Of a stretch of DNA of 56,118 nt, positions 22,242 to 30,478 are shown piece by piece. The stretch is taken from NCBI GenBank assembly GCA_017516305.1, contig JAFXDB010000162.1:1-56118 (forward strand). Direction: 5' to 3'. A program made the translations under genes and the position numbers. The stretch comes from Clostridia bacterium. Lineage in GTDB: Bacteria; Bacillota; Clostridia; Christensenellales; Aristaeellaceae. Numbering within the stretch: position 1 is the first letter of the stretch; every line of letters starts with the position of its first letter. The notes under the pieces were generated by a model that saw only the letters and a list, made by a program, of their open reading frames with translations, searched no databases and had not been told where the DNA came from.

Positions 22242-23840
22242 GTGCCCGCCATCGACCAGGAACAGCTCGTTGCCCTCATGCCGCGCCTGCTGCGGTGGGC
22301 ATGGAGCAAAACCGGCAGCCAGGAGCAGGCTGAAGACCTGACCCAGGAGATCCTCCTGCAATACCTCTGTGCCGCCGGGAGGGAGAAGACAGCCGGGCGA
22401 CCGGTTCGGGAGCCGGAGCGTCTTCTCTGGCGCGTGGCCCGCTTTGTGTGGCTCAAACGCCTACGCCAGCTGACCGCCCACCGCACCGTTCCCCTGCAGG
22501 AAACCCACCCCGATCCCCGCGACCTTTCTGCCGACGCAGCCGAACAGGACGAGAAGGCCCGCCAGGCCGCCTGGGTGCGCCAGAGGGTGATGAACCTGGG
22601 ACGCATCCAGCGGGAAGCCATGGTGCTGCACTACGTTCACCAGCTGCCGCAGCGGGAGGTCGCCCGCCGCCTGGGCGTCAGTGAAGCGACGCTGCGCTGG
22701 CATCTCTTTGAGACCCGAAAAAAGCTCAGGGAAGGAGCATCTGATATGATACAGACCGAATTCGTTTACACGCCCCATAAGCTGGGTATGGGCATCAACG
22801 GCCAGGACACGCCGAACAACGCCATCAACCGCATCCGGGAAAGCCTGCTGATGCAGAACATCTGCTGCGCCTGCTACCACGAGGGCCGCACCCCGGCAGA
22901 GCTGGCCGACATGCTGGGCGTGGCACGTCCCTACATCGAGCACGATCTGAAATGGCTGACGGAGCAGGAGCTGCTGCGGGAGGGCAGCGGACGGTACTAC
23001 ACCGATTTTCTCATCACGACCAGCCGTCAGGAGGCCGAGATGATGCGCGTATTTGAAGCACATAAGGCCACCCTGTGCGACGCCATCACCGGCCATCTGC
23101 TGGCAAACGAGGCCGTCATCCGCAGCATCGGCTTCACCGGCTGCGACAGGCCGATGAACAAGCTCCTGTGGTTGCTGATCTACCTGTTCACCCGCCGCCT
23201 GCCCATGCTGACGGATATGCCCGAGCCGCCCATCCGCCCCGACGGCGGCAAGTACTGGCCCCTGGGCTTCGACCGCACCGAGCCCGTCGACAGCCTGCGC
23301 TGCTTCGATTACAACGGCAGCATGTGCAACGACGGCTTCTACTGGTTCGGCCTGCACAACTTCGGCCAGAGCGAGATCGAGGACGTGATGGACGCCTGGA
23401 CGCCGGAATACAGGCAGCTGCGCCAGCTGCTGGAAAAGCTGATCCGGTCGGGCTTTGACCGCGCCTGCATATCGGACGGCGAGCAGTACATCCTGGCGCA
23501 GCTGATCGAGAAGGGCTTTGTCTCCTCATCGGCGGACGGGCTTGCACCGAACTTTGTCATCTTCACCAAGGTGCAGTACGACCGGCTGTATCAGGAGGTG
23601 TTCCGCCCGCTGGCAGAGCGCCTGCAGGAGGAGGTATGCCGCCTGTCCGCTGACCTGCACAGCGTCGCCGCCGCCATGCTGCCCCCGCACTTGCAGCACC
23701 TGGCGCGCCTTTCCCAGGCCATGGCAGAGCACGACGTGGCCTACACCACCGAGCTCTTCGCCTTCCACGACAGTACCCTCTATCACCCCATCGACAAGCG
23801 TGACGGCGAGTTCCTCACCCTGGCGTACATCTTCCGCTGA
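22242..23840 (+). CDS. sigma-70 family (ECF-like) factor with ~350-aa C-terminal extension containing a winged-helix-like segment
   Basis: GTG 22242 after GGGAGGTGA. Region 2 (AEDLTQEILLQYL) and region 4 (REAMVLHYVHQLPQREVARRLGVSEATLRWHLFETRKKL). Then RTPAELADMLGVARPYIEHDLKWLTEQELL and ~270 further residues of unknown fold. Confidence 0.75.
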   Translation: MPAIDQEQLVALMPRLLRWAWSKTGSQEQAEDLTQEILLQYLCAAGREKTAGRPVREPERLLWRVARFVWLKRLRQLTAHRTVPLQETHPDPRDLSADAAEQDEKARQAAWVRQRVMNLGRIQREAMVLHYVHQLPQREVARRLGVSEATLRWHLFETRKKLREGASDMIQTEFVYTPHKLGMGINGQDTPNNAINRIRESLLMQNICCACYHEGRTPAELADMLGVARPYIEHDLKWLTEQELLREGSGRYYTDFLITTSRQEAEMMRVFEAHKATLCDAITGHLLANEAVIRSIGFTGCDRPMNKLLWLLIYLFTRRLPMLTDMPEPPIRPDGGKYWPLGFDRTEPVDSLRCFDYNGSMCNDGFYWFGLHNFGQSEIEDVMDAWTPEYRQLRQLLEKLIRSGFDRACISDGEQYILAQLIEKGFVSSSADGLAPNFVIFTKVQYDRLYQEVFRPLAERLQEEVCRLSADLHSVAAAMLPPHLQHLARLSQAMAEHDVAYTTELFAFHDSTLYHPIDKRDGEFLTLAYIFR

Positions 23841-23945
23841 AGCCGCTGAATAAATGGCTCTTCACGGAATATTCGGGAATATGAATGAGTGGAGGGAGGC
23901 GTTCTCTTCCCAGCCTGAGCGGCTGCATCGAAGCCATGAAGGGGA

Positions 23946-24140
23946 AGATGCGGCGTCTTTGCGGAGGGTTGCGCCCTCGTTCTTATTCTTTCAAGCAACC
24001 CTCCGCAACGTCGCCGCCCCGATATGCAGCCGCCTTTCCAACGCCTTGGGGACAGGAGGGGGACGGGGGGGAATCGCCGTTCGATTCCCGGATAGGAAAA
24101 AGCGCCTTTGCGCCGCTTTCGGCGGGCGAAAGCGGCTTCC
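23946..24140 (+). repeat. mosaic hairpin repeat, family 2, copy 2
   Basis: GCGGAGGGTTGC...GCAACCCTCCGC (23961-24006), GGGAATCG-ccgt-CGATTCCC, GCCGCTTTCG-gcggg-CGAAAGCGGC. Module order as at 20095-20290. Confidence 0.8.
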
Positions 24141-24226
24141 CCCTTACATAGCTTGTCATTCCCTAAGAAAACGTGAAGAACCGAATAAGTACCCATACAG
24201 GTCTGCATGCTCATCCACATTCCCGC

Positions 24227-24255
24227 TTGCCCATTTTCCTCCGCTGTTGTATAAT
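24227..24255 (+). promoter_or_regulatory. sigma-A type promoter
   Basis: TTGCCC 24227-24232, 17-nt spacer, TATAAT 24250-24255. Confidence 0.5.
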
Positions 24256-24272
24256 GTGAGTAAATTCACTCT

Positions 24273-24307
24273 GAATTCCGAATTCCACATTCCGAATACC
24301 GCATTTT
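24273..24307 (+). repeat. heptamer array GAATTCC GAATTCC ACATTCC GAATACC GCATTTT in a 5' leader
   Basis: Five 7-nt units between the predicted -10 box and the SD (GGAGGA 24311-24316) of the gene starting at 24321. Confidence 0.8.
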
Positions 24308-24320
24308 TCCGGAGGAAGCC

Positions 24321-25409
24321 ATGCAGACCATTACGAAGATCGTCATCACCGGCGGCCCCTGCGCGGGCAAGTCCACGGCCATGAGCTGGATCCAGAAGCA
24401 CTTCTCCCAGCAGGGCTGGACGGTGCTGTTCGTCCCCGAAACGGCCACCGAGTTCATTTCCGGCGGCGTCGCCCCCTGGACCTGCGGCACCAACGCCCAG
24501 TACCAGGTCGTCCAGATGACCCTGCAAAGGGAGAAGGAGCGCCTTTTTGAGCAGGCCGCCCGCACCATGCCCAAGGAGAAGATCCTCATCGTCTGCGACC
24601 GCGGTATGCTGGACAACCGCGCCTACATGAACGAGGAGGAGACCGAGTGGGTCCTGGAGCAGATCGGCGCCAACGAGGTGGAGCTGCGCGACGGATACGA
24701 CGCCGTGTTCCACCTGGTCACTGCCGCCAAGGGCGCCGAGCAGTTCTACACCACCGCCAACAACTCCGCCCGCATCGAGACCGTGGAGCAGGCCGTCGCC
24801 CTGGATGACAAGATCATCGCCGCCTGGACGGGCCACCCCCATTTCCGCGTCATCAACAACGAGACGGACTTTGAGGAAAAGATGCGCCGCCTGATGCGGG
24901 AGATCGCCTCCTTCCTGGGCGGCCCCGAGCCGCTGGAGATCGAGCGCAAGTTCCTCATCGAATACCCCGATATCGCATGGCTGGAGAGCCTGCCCAACTG
25001 CAGCCGCATTGACGTCATCCAGACCTACCTCACCGCCGCGGAGGGCGAGGAGCGCCGCGTCCGCCAGCGCGGCTGCGACGGCCACTACCTCTTCACCATG
25101 ACCACCAAGCGCGCCGTCACCGGCATGAAGCGAATCGAAGTGGAAAAGCGCCTGACCAAGGATGAGTACCTTGCCGCGCTGATGGAGGCGGACGTCACCC
25201 GCCGCCAGATCCGCAAGACCCGCTACTGCCTCACCTGGGGCATCCAGTATTTCGAGATCGACGTCTACCCCTTCTGGGATGACAAGGCCATCATCGAAAT
25301 TGAGCTCTCCGACGAGAACGAGCCCATCGACTTCCCGCCCCAGCTGCATGTCATCCGCGAGGTCACCGACGACCCCGCATACAAGAACGCCGAGCTGGCC
25401 GCCATCTGA
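24321..25409 (+). CDS. P-loop ATPase (AAA_28/NadR-kinase-like) fused to a CYTH (triphosphate tunnel metalloenzyme) domain
   Basis: Walker A ITGGPCAGKST. C-terminal half begins EIERKFLI (CYTH ExExK signature), followed by ...RVRQRG...KRIEVEKRL...YFEIDVY...IIEIEL. Confidence 0.75.
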   Translation: MQTITKIVITGGPCAGKSTAMSWIQKHFSQQGWTVLFVPETATEFISGGVAPWTCGTNAQYQVVQMTLQREKERLFEQAARTMPKEKILIVCDRGMLDNRAYMNEEETEWVLEQIGANEVELRDGYDAVFHLVTAAKGAEQFYTTANNSARIETVEQAVALDDKIIAAWTGHPHFRVINNETDFEEKMRRLMREIASFLGGPEPLEIERKFLIEYPDIAWLESLPNCSRIDVIQTYLTAAEGEERRVRQRGCDGHYLFTMTTKRAVTGMKRIEVEKRLTKDEYLAALMEADVTRRQIRKTRYCLTWGIQYFEIDVYPFWDDKAIIEIELSDENEPIDFPPQLHVIREVTDDPAYKNAELAAI

Positions 25410-25431
25410 TCCCGCACCCCTTACAAACAGC

Positions 25432-25476
25432 AGACCGGAAGCGTCCTCCGCAAGGAGCGCCTCCGGTCTTTCTTTG
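25432..25476 (+). terminator. intrinsic terminator
   Basis: AGACCGGA ... TCCGGTCT stem followed by TTCTTTG. Confidence 0.65.
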
Positions 25477-25543
25477 TCGTTCGGCGGCGGATATCCCTCC
25501 GCACGGCCCCAAACATGCTATCCTCCTCCCGGAGGGGATGCCC

Positions 25544-26245
25544 ATGAACGTCATCGTCCTGTCAGATGCGCCTGCCCGGCGGCTCCACATTGCCTGGCAG
25601 CTGGAAAACCTGGGCCCCGAGTGGCGCTGTCTGGAGGCCGCCTCCGCCCCGCAGGCCCTGCGGCTGCTGACGGACGCGCCCATCCGCCTGCTGGTGCTGA
25701 CGCCCTGCCCCGCCGCCGGTGCGCTGCTGCACCTGCTGACGGAGCAGCCCCTGCTGGCCCCGCCGTATCTGCTGGGCGACGGCCTCCCCGCCCCGGACGG
25801 GCCGCTTCCGGCCTTTGCCGACCTGCCCGGACGCCTGCAGGAGTGGATGCGCGAAGGCAGACTGCCTTCGTGTCACGCGCAGCGGATGCCAGAGGCGGAG
25901 CATCTGGCCCGGGGCATGCTGCATGCCCTGGGGGTACCCCCACGCCTGTCGGCCTGGCGCTTCCTGCCGGAGGCCGCAGCCCTGACGGTGGTGCATCCGC
26001 CGCTGCTGGATGACCTGTCCCACGGCCTGTATCCCCTCGTTGCCCGCCGCCACGGCAAAACCCCCGCCGCCGTGGAGCGGAGCCTGCGCCTGTGCATCGA
26101 ATCCACCTGGATGCGCGGCGACCTCGCGAGCCTGGAGCGCTTCTTCGGCAGCAGCGTCGATCCCGACAAGGGAAAGCCCACCAACCGTGAATTTCTCTGC
26201 CGGGTGCAGGAGCGGGTGACCTTCGCCGCGCGTCGGCTCGGGTGA
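25544..26245 (+). CDS. Spo0A C-terminal (DNA-binding) domain protein with degenerate receiver-like N-terminus
   Basis: GGAGGGG then ATG 25544. C-terminal GKTPAAVERSLRLCIESTWMRGDLASLERFFG...KGKPTNREFLCRV mirrors Spo0A ERAIRHAIEVAW...KPTNSEFIA. The expected phospho-Asp position reads LLVLTPCP. Confidence 0.7.
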   Translation: MNVIVLSDAPARRLHIAWQLENLGPEWRCLEAASAPQALRLLTDAPIRLLVLTPCPAAGALLHLLTEQPLLAPPYLLGDGLPAPDGPLPAFADLPGRLQEWMREGRLPSCHAQRMPEAEHLARGMLHALGVPPRLSAWRFLPEAAALTVVHPPLLDDLSHGLYPLVARRHGKTPAAVERSLRLCIESTWMRGDLASLERFFGSSVDPDKGKPTNREFLCRVQERVTFAARRLG

Positions 26246-26316
26246 GCCACCGGTTCCAGCTGCGGCTTCCTCCGCAGAGGGAGGCCATACAACCACGGAA
26301 AACATGCTTCCCACGC

Positions 26317-26350
26317 AAAAGGACGACCCTCCGCCACGGAAGGCCGTCCT
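26317..26350 (-). terminator. intrinsic terminator of typA
   Basis: On the minus strand: AGGACG ... CGTCCT followed by TTTTG. Confidence 0.6.
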
Positions 26351-26361
26351 TTCGGTATTTC

Positions 26362-28185
26362 TTATTTCATCTCCGGCTTGCGAGCCTTGGCGCGCAGCTG
26401 ATGATCGAGGATCTTCTTGCGCATGCGCAGGCTCTTGGGGGTGATCTCCAGCAGCTCGTCATCGTCGATGAATTCGAGGCACTCCTCCAGGGACAGGGGG
26501 TGCACGGAAATCAGGCGCATCGCATCCTCGGAGGCGGAGGCATTGCGCATGTTGGTGACGTGCTTCTGCTTGCAGACATTCACCGTCAGATCCATGTTGT
26601 GGGCGTTCTGGCCGCAGATCATGCCCATGTAGACCTCCTGGCCGGCGCCGATGAAGAGCGTGCCGCGCTCCTGGGCGTAGAACAGGCCGTAGGAGGTGGA
26701 GGTGCCAGTCTCGTGGCAGATCATCGCGCCGGCGGAGCGGTGGGGGATGTCCCCCTTGACGGGCTCGTAGCACTCGAACACGGAGGACATGATGCCCTCG
26801 CCGCGGGTATCAGTCATGAATTCGCTCCGGTAGCCAAACAGGCCGCGGGAGGGCACCAGGAACTCCAGGCGCACGCGGTCCAGACCGGTCATCGACTCCA
26901 GCACGCCGCGGCGGCGGCCGATCTTCTCAATGACCGCACCGGCGCTGGCCTGGGGCGTATCCACCACCAGGCGCTCGATGGGCTCGCACTTCACGCCGTC
27001 GATCACCTTGTAGATGACCTGGGGCTTAGAAACCGCAAACTCATAGCCCTGGCGGCGCATGTTCTCGATCAGGATGGACAGGTGCAGCTCGCCGCGGCCG
27101 CAGACCTCAAAGGCGTCGGTGGTGTCGGTATCGTTGACGCGCAGGGACACATCCGTCTGCAGCTCGCGCATGAGCCTGGCGCGCAGGTGACGGCTGGTGA
27201 CATACTGACCCTCGCGGCCGGCAAAGGGCGAGTCATTGACCTGGAAGGTCATGGTCACAGTGGGCTCAGAGATCTTCACAAAGGGCAGGCCCTCAATACA
27301 GGAGGGGTCACAGACGGTATCGCCGATGGAGATGTTCTCCGCGCCGGAAAGCGCCACGATGTCGCCCATGGAGACCTCGGCGGCGTCCACGCGCTTGAGC
27401 GCCTGATAGGTGTACAGGTTGCCCAGACGCCAGGGGGTGGAGGTCGCGCCCGTTTCGAGGTTGGTGTGGACGACGTTCATGCCCTGACGGAACTTGCCGC
27501 GCACCACGCGGCCCACGCCGATACGGCCCACATACTCGGAATAGTCGATGGTGGAAATCAGCACCTGGGCCGGGCCGTCGGGATCTCCCTCGGGCGCGGG
27601 GATGTACTTCAGGATGCTGTCAAACAGGGGCTTGAGGTCAACGCCGGGCTCGTCCATTGACAGGGTCGCCGTACCCTTGCGGGCGGAAACGTACAGGATG
27701 GGATTGTCCAAGGTGGACTCATCTGCGTCCAGGTCAATGAGAAGATCGAGAATCTCGCCCGTGACCTCCTCGCAGCGCTGGTCGGGACGGTCGATCTTGT
27801 TGATGACGATCAGCACCTTCAGCTTCAGCTCCAGCGCCTTCTTCAGCACGAAGCGGGTCTGGGGCATGGGGCCCTCAAAGGAGTCCACCAGCAGCAGCAC
27901 GCCGTCCACCATCTTGAGGACGCGCTCCACCTCGCCGCCGAAGTCCGCGTGGCCGGGGGTATCGACGATGTTGATCTTGGTGTCGCCGTAGTACACGGCA
28001 GTGTTCTTGGCGAGGATGGTAATGCCGCGCTCGCGCTCGATGTCGCCGGAGTCCATCACGCGGTCAACAGTCTGCTGGTTCTCGTGATAGGCGCCGCCCT
28101 GCTTGAGCATCTGGTCGACCAGGGTGGTCTTGCCGTGGTCAACGTGGGCAATGATGGCAATGTTGCGAATGTCTTCGCGGATCAT
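26362..28185 (-). CDS. typA: translational GTPase TypA/BipA
   Basis: MIREDIRNIAIIAHVDHGKTTLVDQML..., DTPGHADFGGEVER, NKIDR. 607 aa. Confidence 0.95.
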   Translation of the reverse strand: MIREDIRNIAIIAHVDHGKTTLVDQMLKQGGAYHENQQTVDRVMDSGDIERERGITILAKNTAVYYGDTKINIVDTPGHADFGGEVERVLKMVDGVLLLVDSFEGPMPQTRFVLKKALELKLKVLIVINKIDRPDQRCEEVTGEILDLLIDLDADESTLDNPILYVSARKGTATLSMDEPGVDLKPLFDSILKYIPAPEGDPDGPAQVLISTIDYSEYVGRIGVGRVVRGKFRQGMNVVHTNLETGATSTPWRLGNLYTYQALKRVDAAEVSMGDIVALSGAENISIGDTVCDPSCIEGLPFVKISEPTVTMTFQVNDSPFAGREGQYVTSRHLRARLMRELQTDVSLRVNDTDTTDAFEVCGRGELHLSILIENMRRQGYEFAVSKPQVIYKVIDGVKCEPIERLVVDTPQASAGAVIEKIGRRRGVLESMTGLDRVRLEFLVPSRGLFGYRSEFMTDTRGEGIMSSVFECYEPVKGDIPHRSAGAMICHETGTSTSYGLFYAQERGTLFIGAGQEVYMGMICGQNAHNMDLTVNVCKQKHVTNMRNASASEDAMRLISVHPLSLEECLEFIDDDELLEITPKSLRMRKKILDHQLRAKARKPEMK

Positions 28186-28244
28186 GGTAACATCTCCTTA
28201 GATATAAGGTAGGAGTAACGGTGTAGGCAGTCTGTTTTCAGCTC

Positions 28245-28420
28245 GCGCTTTCTCCCTCAGTCAGCGAGCAAGCTCGCTGCCAGCTCCCTCCCGGAGGGAG
28301 CTCTTTTTCGTCTCCTTTGCAGCAATACGAAACAGCAACAATAGAAGCGGCGAGCAGCAGCAGCCCCCTGAGCTCCCTCCGGGAGGGAGCTGTCGCCGCA
28401 GCGACTGAGGGAGAACGCGG
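28245..28420 (-). repeat. mosaic hairpin repeat, family 1, copy B (inverted relative to copy A)
   Basis: gcgctttCTCCCTCAGTCAGCGAGCAAGCTCGCTGCCAGCTCCCTCCCGGAGGGAGCT ... AGCTCCCTCCGGGAGGGAGCTGTCGCCGCAGCGACTGAGGGAGaacgcgg. Confidence 0.85.
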
Positions 28421-28450
28421 CACTTACTGCAAAGTCTACTTACAAGGGAA

Positions 28451-30130
28451 TTACAAGCGGTTCGCCGTCTCCGCCAGCTCCAGCCCCTCATTATTCTCGC
28501 AGGCCAGGCGGATGCTCCACTCGTTCTCGAACAGCAGCACATCGCGGTCGCGGCTGTCCTTGGCACGGCCGGAGGTGGAGGTCAGCTTCAGCTTGTCGAT
28601 TTCCTTCGGGCTCTTCACAACCCAACGCACATAGCGGAAGGGCATCGACTCCATCACGATCTCGACCTGATACTCGGTCTTCAGGCGGTGCTCCAGGACT
28701 TCAAACTGCAGCACGCCGACCACGCCCACCATGAACTCCTCGCGGCCGGTCTCGGTGCGGATGAAGGTCTGGATGGCGCCCTCCTCGGCCAGCTGGGTGA
28801 TGCCCTTGGTGAACTGCTTGCGCTTCATGCTGTCCACCGGGCGGACGCGGGCAAAGTGCTCAGGGGCAAAGACCGGGATGTTCTCGTAGTGGAACTTGGG
28901 GCCGGTGGAGAGGGTGTCGCCCAGCTGGTAGATGCCGGGGTCGAACAGGCCGATGATGTCGCCGGCCCAGGCCTCCTCCACACCCTCGCGGGCGTCCGCC
29001 ATGAACTGCTGGGGCTGCTTGAGGGCCACCATCTTGTTCGTACCGGAGTGCCAGACCTCCATGCCCTTCTCGAACGCGCCCGACACGATGCGCATGAATG
29101 CCAGACGGTCGCGGTGGGCGGGGTTCATGTTGGCCTGGATCTTGAAGATGAAGCCGGAGAAGTAGGGGTTTTCCGGGCCGACCTCGCCCGCGTCGGACAT
29201 GCGGGGCAGCGGCGGGTTGGTGTACTGCAGGAAACGGTCGAGGAAGGGCTCCACGCCGAAGTTGGTGACGGCAGAGCCGAAGAACATGGGGGTTAGCTCA
29301 CCCCTGCGGACCTTTTCCAGGTCGAAGGCGTCGCCCGCCTCGTCCAGGAGCATGATCTCCTCCTCCAGGCGGTCGATGTAGTGCTGATCCAGCACATGGG
29401 GCAGGGCCTCATCGTCCAGGGCGATCTCCAGCTCGTCCACACGCTTGGAGCCGTGGTCACCGCCGGAATACAGGGTGATGGTCTCCGTGTCGCGGTGGTA
29501 CACGCCCTGGAAGTCGCCATCCACGCCGATGGGCCAGTTGATGGGGCAGGATCGGATGCCCAGCACCTGCTCCAGCTCCTCCATCAGAGCAAAGGGATCC
29601 TTCGCCGCGCGGTCCATCTTGTTGACAAAGGTGAAGATGGGGATGTTGCGCATGCGGCAGACCTTGAACAGCTTGATCGTTTGCGCCTCGACGCCCTTGG
29701 CCGCGTCGATCAGCATGACGGCAGCGTCGGCGGCGACCAGCACGCGGTAGGTATCCTCGGAGAAGTCCTGATGGCCGGGGGTATCCAGGATGTTGATGCG
29801 GAAGCCCTCCTCGGGGATCTCGACAGGTTCCTCGCCGGAGCCGGGGAAGGGCTGTACCTTCGCGGGCTTGTACTCAAACTGCATGGCGGAGGACGTGACG
29901 GAAATGCCGCGCTGCTTCTCGATCTCCATCCAGTCGGAGGTGGCATGCTTGTCGCTCTTGCGGGCCTTGACCGAGCCTGCGGAGCGGATGGCGCCGCCGT
30001 AGAGCAGCAGCTTTTCGGTCAGCGTGGTCTTACCTGCGTCAGGGTGCGAAATGATGGCAAAGGTACGGCGCTTCTCGACCTGCTCGTGCAGCATGTCGCG
30101 GAAGGCCTGGGTATCGGTGGTGGGGAGCAT
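28451..30130 (-). CDS. prfC: peptide chain release factor 3
   Basis: Start at MLPTTDTQAF (ATG 30128-30130, GGAGG 6 nt upstream). RRTFAIISHPDAGKTTLTEKLLLYGGAI, DTPGHQDF, NKMDR. Confidence 0.9.
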   Translation of the reverse strand: MLPTTDTQAFRDMLHEQVEKRRTFAIISHPDAGKTTLTEKLLLYGGAIRSAGSVKARKSDKHATSDWMEIEKQRGISVTSSAMQFEYKPAKVQPFPGSGEEPVEIPEEGFRINILDTPGHQDFSEDTYRVLVAADAAVMLIDAAKGVEAQTIKLFKVCRMRNIPIFTFVNKMDRAAKDPFALMEELEQVLGIRSCPINWPIGVDGDFQGVYHRDTETITLYSGGDHGSKRVDELEIALDDEALPHVLDQHYIDRLEEEIMLLDEAGDAFDLEKVRRGELTPMFFGSAVTNFGVEPFLDRFLQYTNPPLPRMSDAGEVGPENPYFSGFIFKIQANMNPAHRDRLAFMRIVSGAFEKGMEVWHSGTNKMVALKQPQQFMADAREGVEEAWAGDIIGLFDPGIYQLGDTLSTGPKFHYENIPVFAPEHFARVRPVDSMKRKQFTKGITQLAEEGAIQTFIRTETGREEFMVGVVGVLQFEVLEHRLKTEYQVEIVMESMPFRYVRWVVKSPKEIDKLKLTSTSGRAKDSRDRDVLLFENEWSIRLACENNEGLELAETANRL

Positions 30131-30248
30131 GGTTTGCCTCCTCGTAAATGGTCGGAAAATAGACGGTTTATTGTATAGCCATCGGGAATGGGTTGTCAAG
30201 GGTTTTGCAGAGGGATGGATGCTTTGCGGGTGGGTTGTACCGCAGCTC

Positions 30249-30442
30249 GCGCATTCTCCCTCAGTCGCCTGCGGGCGACAGCTCCCTCCCGGAGGGAGCT
30301 CAGGATCTGGCCACAGCTTGACTTCTCAGCTGTTGCTTGTTTCGTATTGCAACAAAGGAAGCGACCAAGAGCTCCCTCCGGGAGGGAGCTGGATTCGTGA
30401 GGGGCTTGAAAAGCGCCGAACGAAGACTGAGGGAGAGCGCGG
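30249..30442 (+). repeat. mosaic hairpin repeat, family 1, copy C
   Basis: Same left end as copy A (gcgcattCTCCCTCAGTCGCCTGCGGGCGACAGCTCCCTCCCGGAGGGAGCT). Diverged right arm ending GACTGAGGGAGagcgcgg. Confidence 0.85.
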
Positions 30443-30478
30443 TACTTGCACCTTTGCCTGCTTACAAAGCAACCACCC

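Noticed and set aside
10477-27660. Other long shadow ORFs: 10477-11991(-), 13104-14192(-), 14258-15379(-), 15324-16781(-), 16819-17829(-), 18137-18982(-), 19127-19972(-), 20307-22202(+), 22461-23357(-), 24156-25349(-), 25551-26318(-), 26242-27660(+)
   Set aside because: Each lies opposite a gene with clear family motifs and proper SD/start. Their products are low-complexity (G/A/R/H/Q/L) as expected for antisense frames in GC-rich DNA. The same reasoning applies to 45936-48155(-), 51145-53100(+), 54659-55933(+) and the many 60-180 aa Pro/Arg-rich ORFs.
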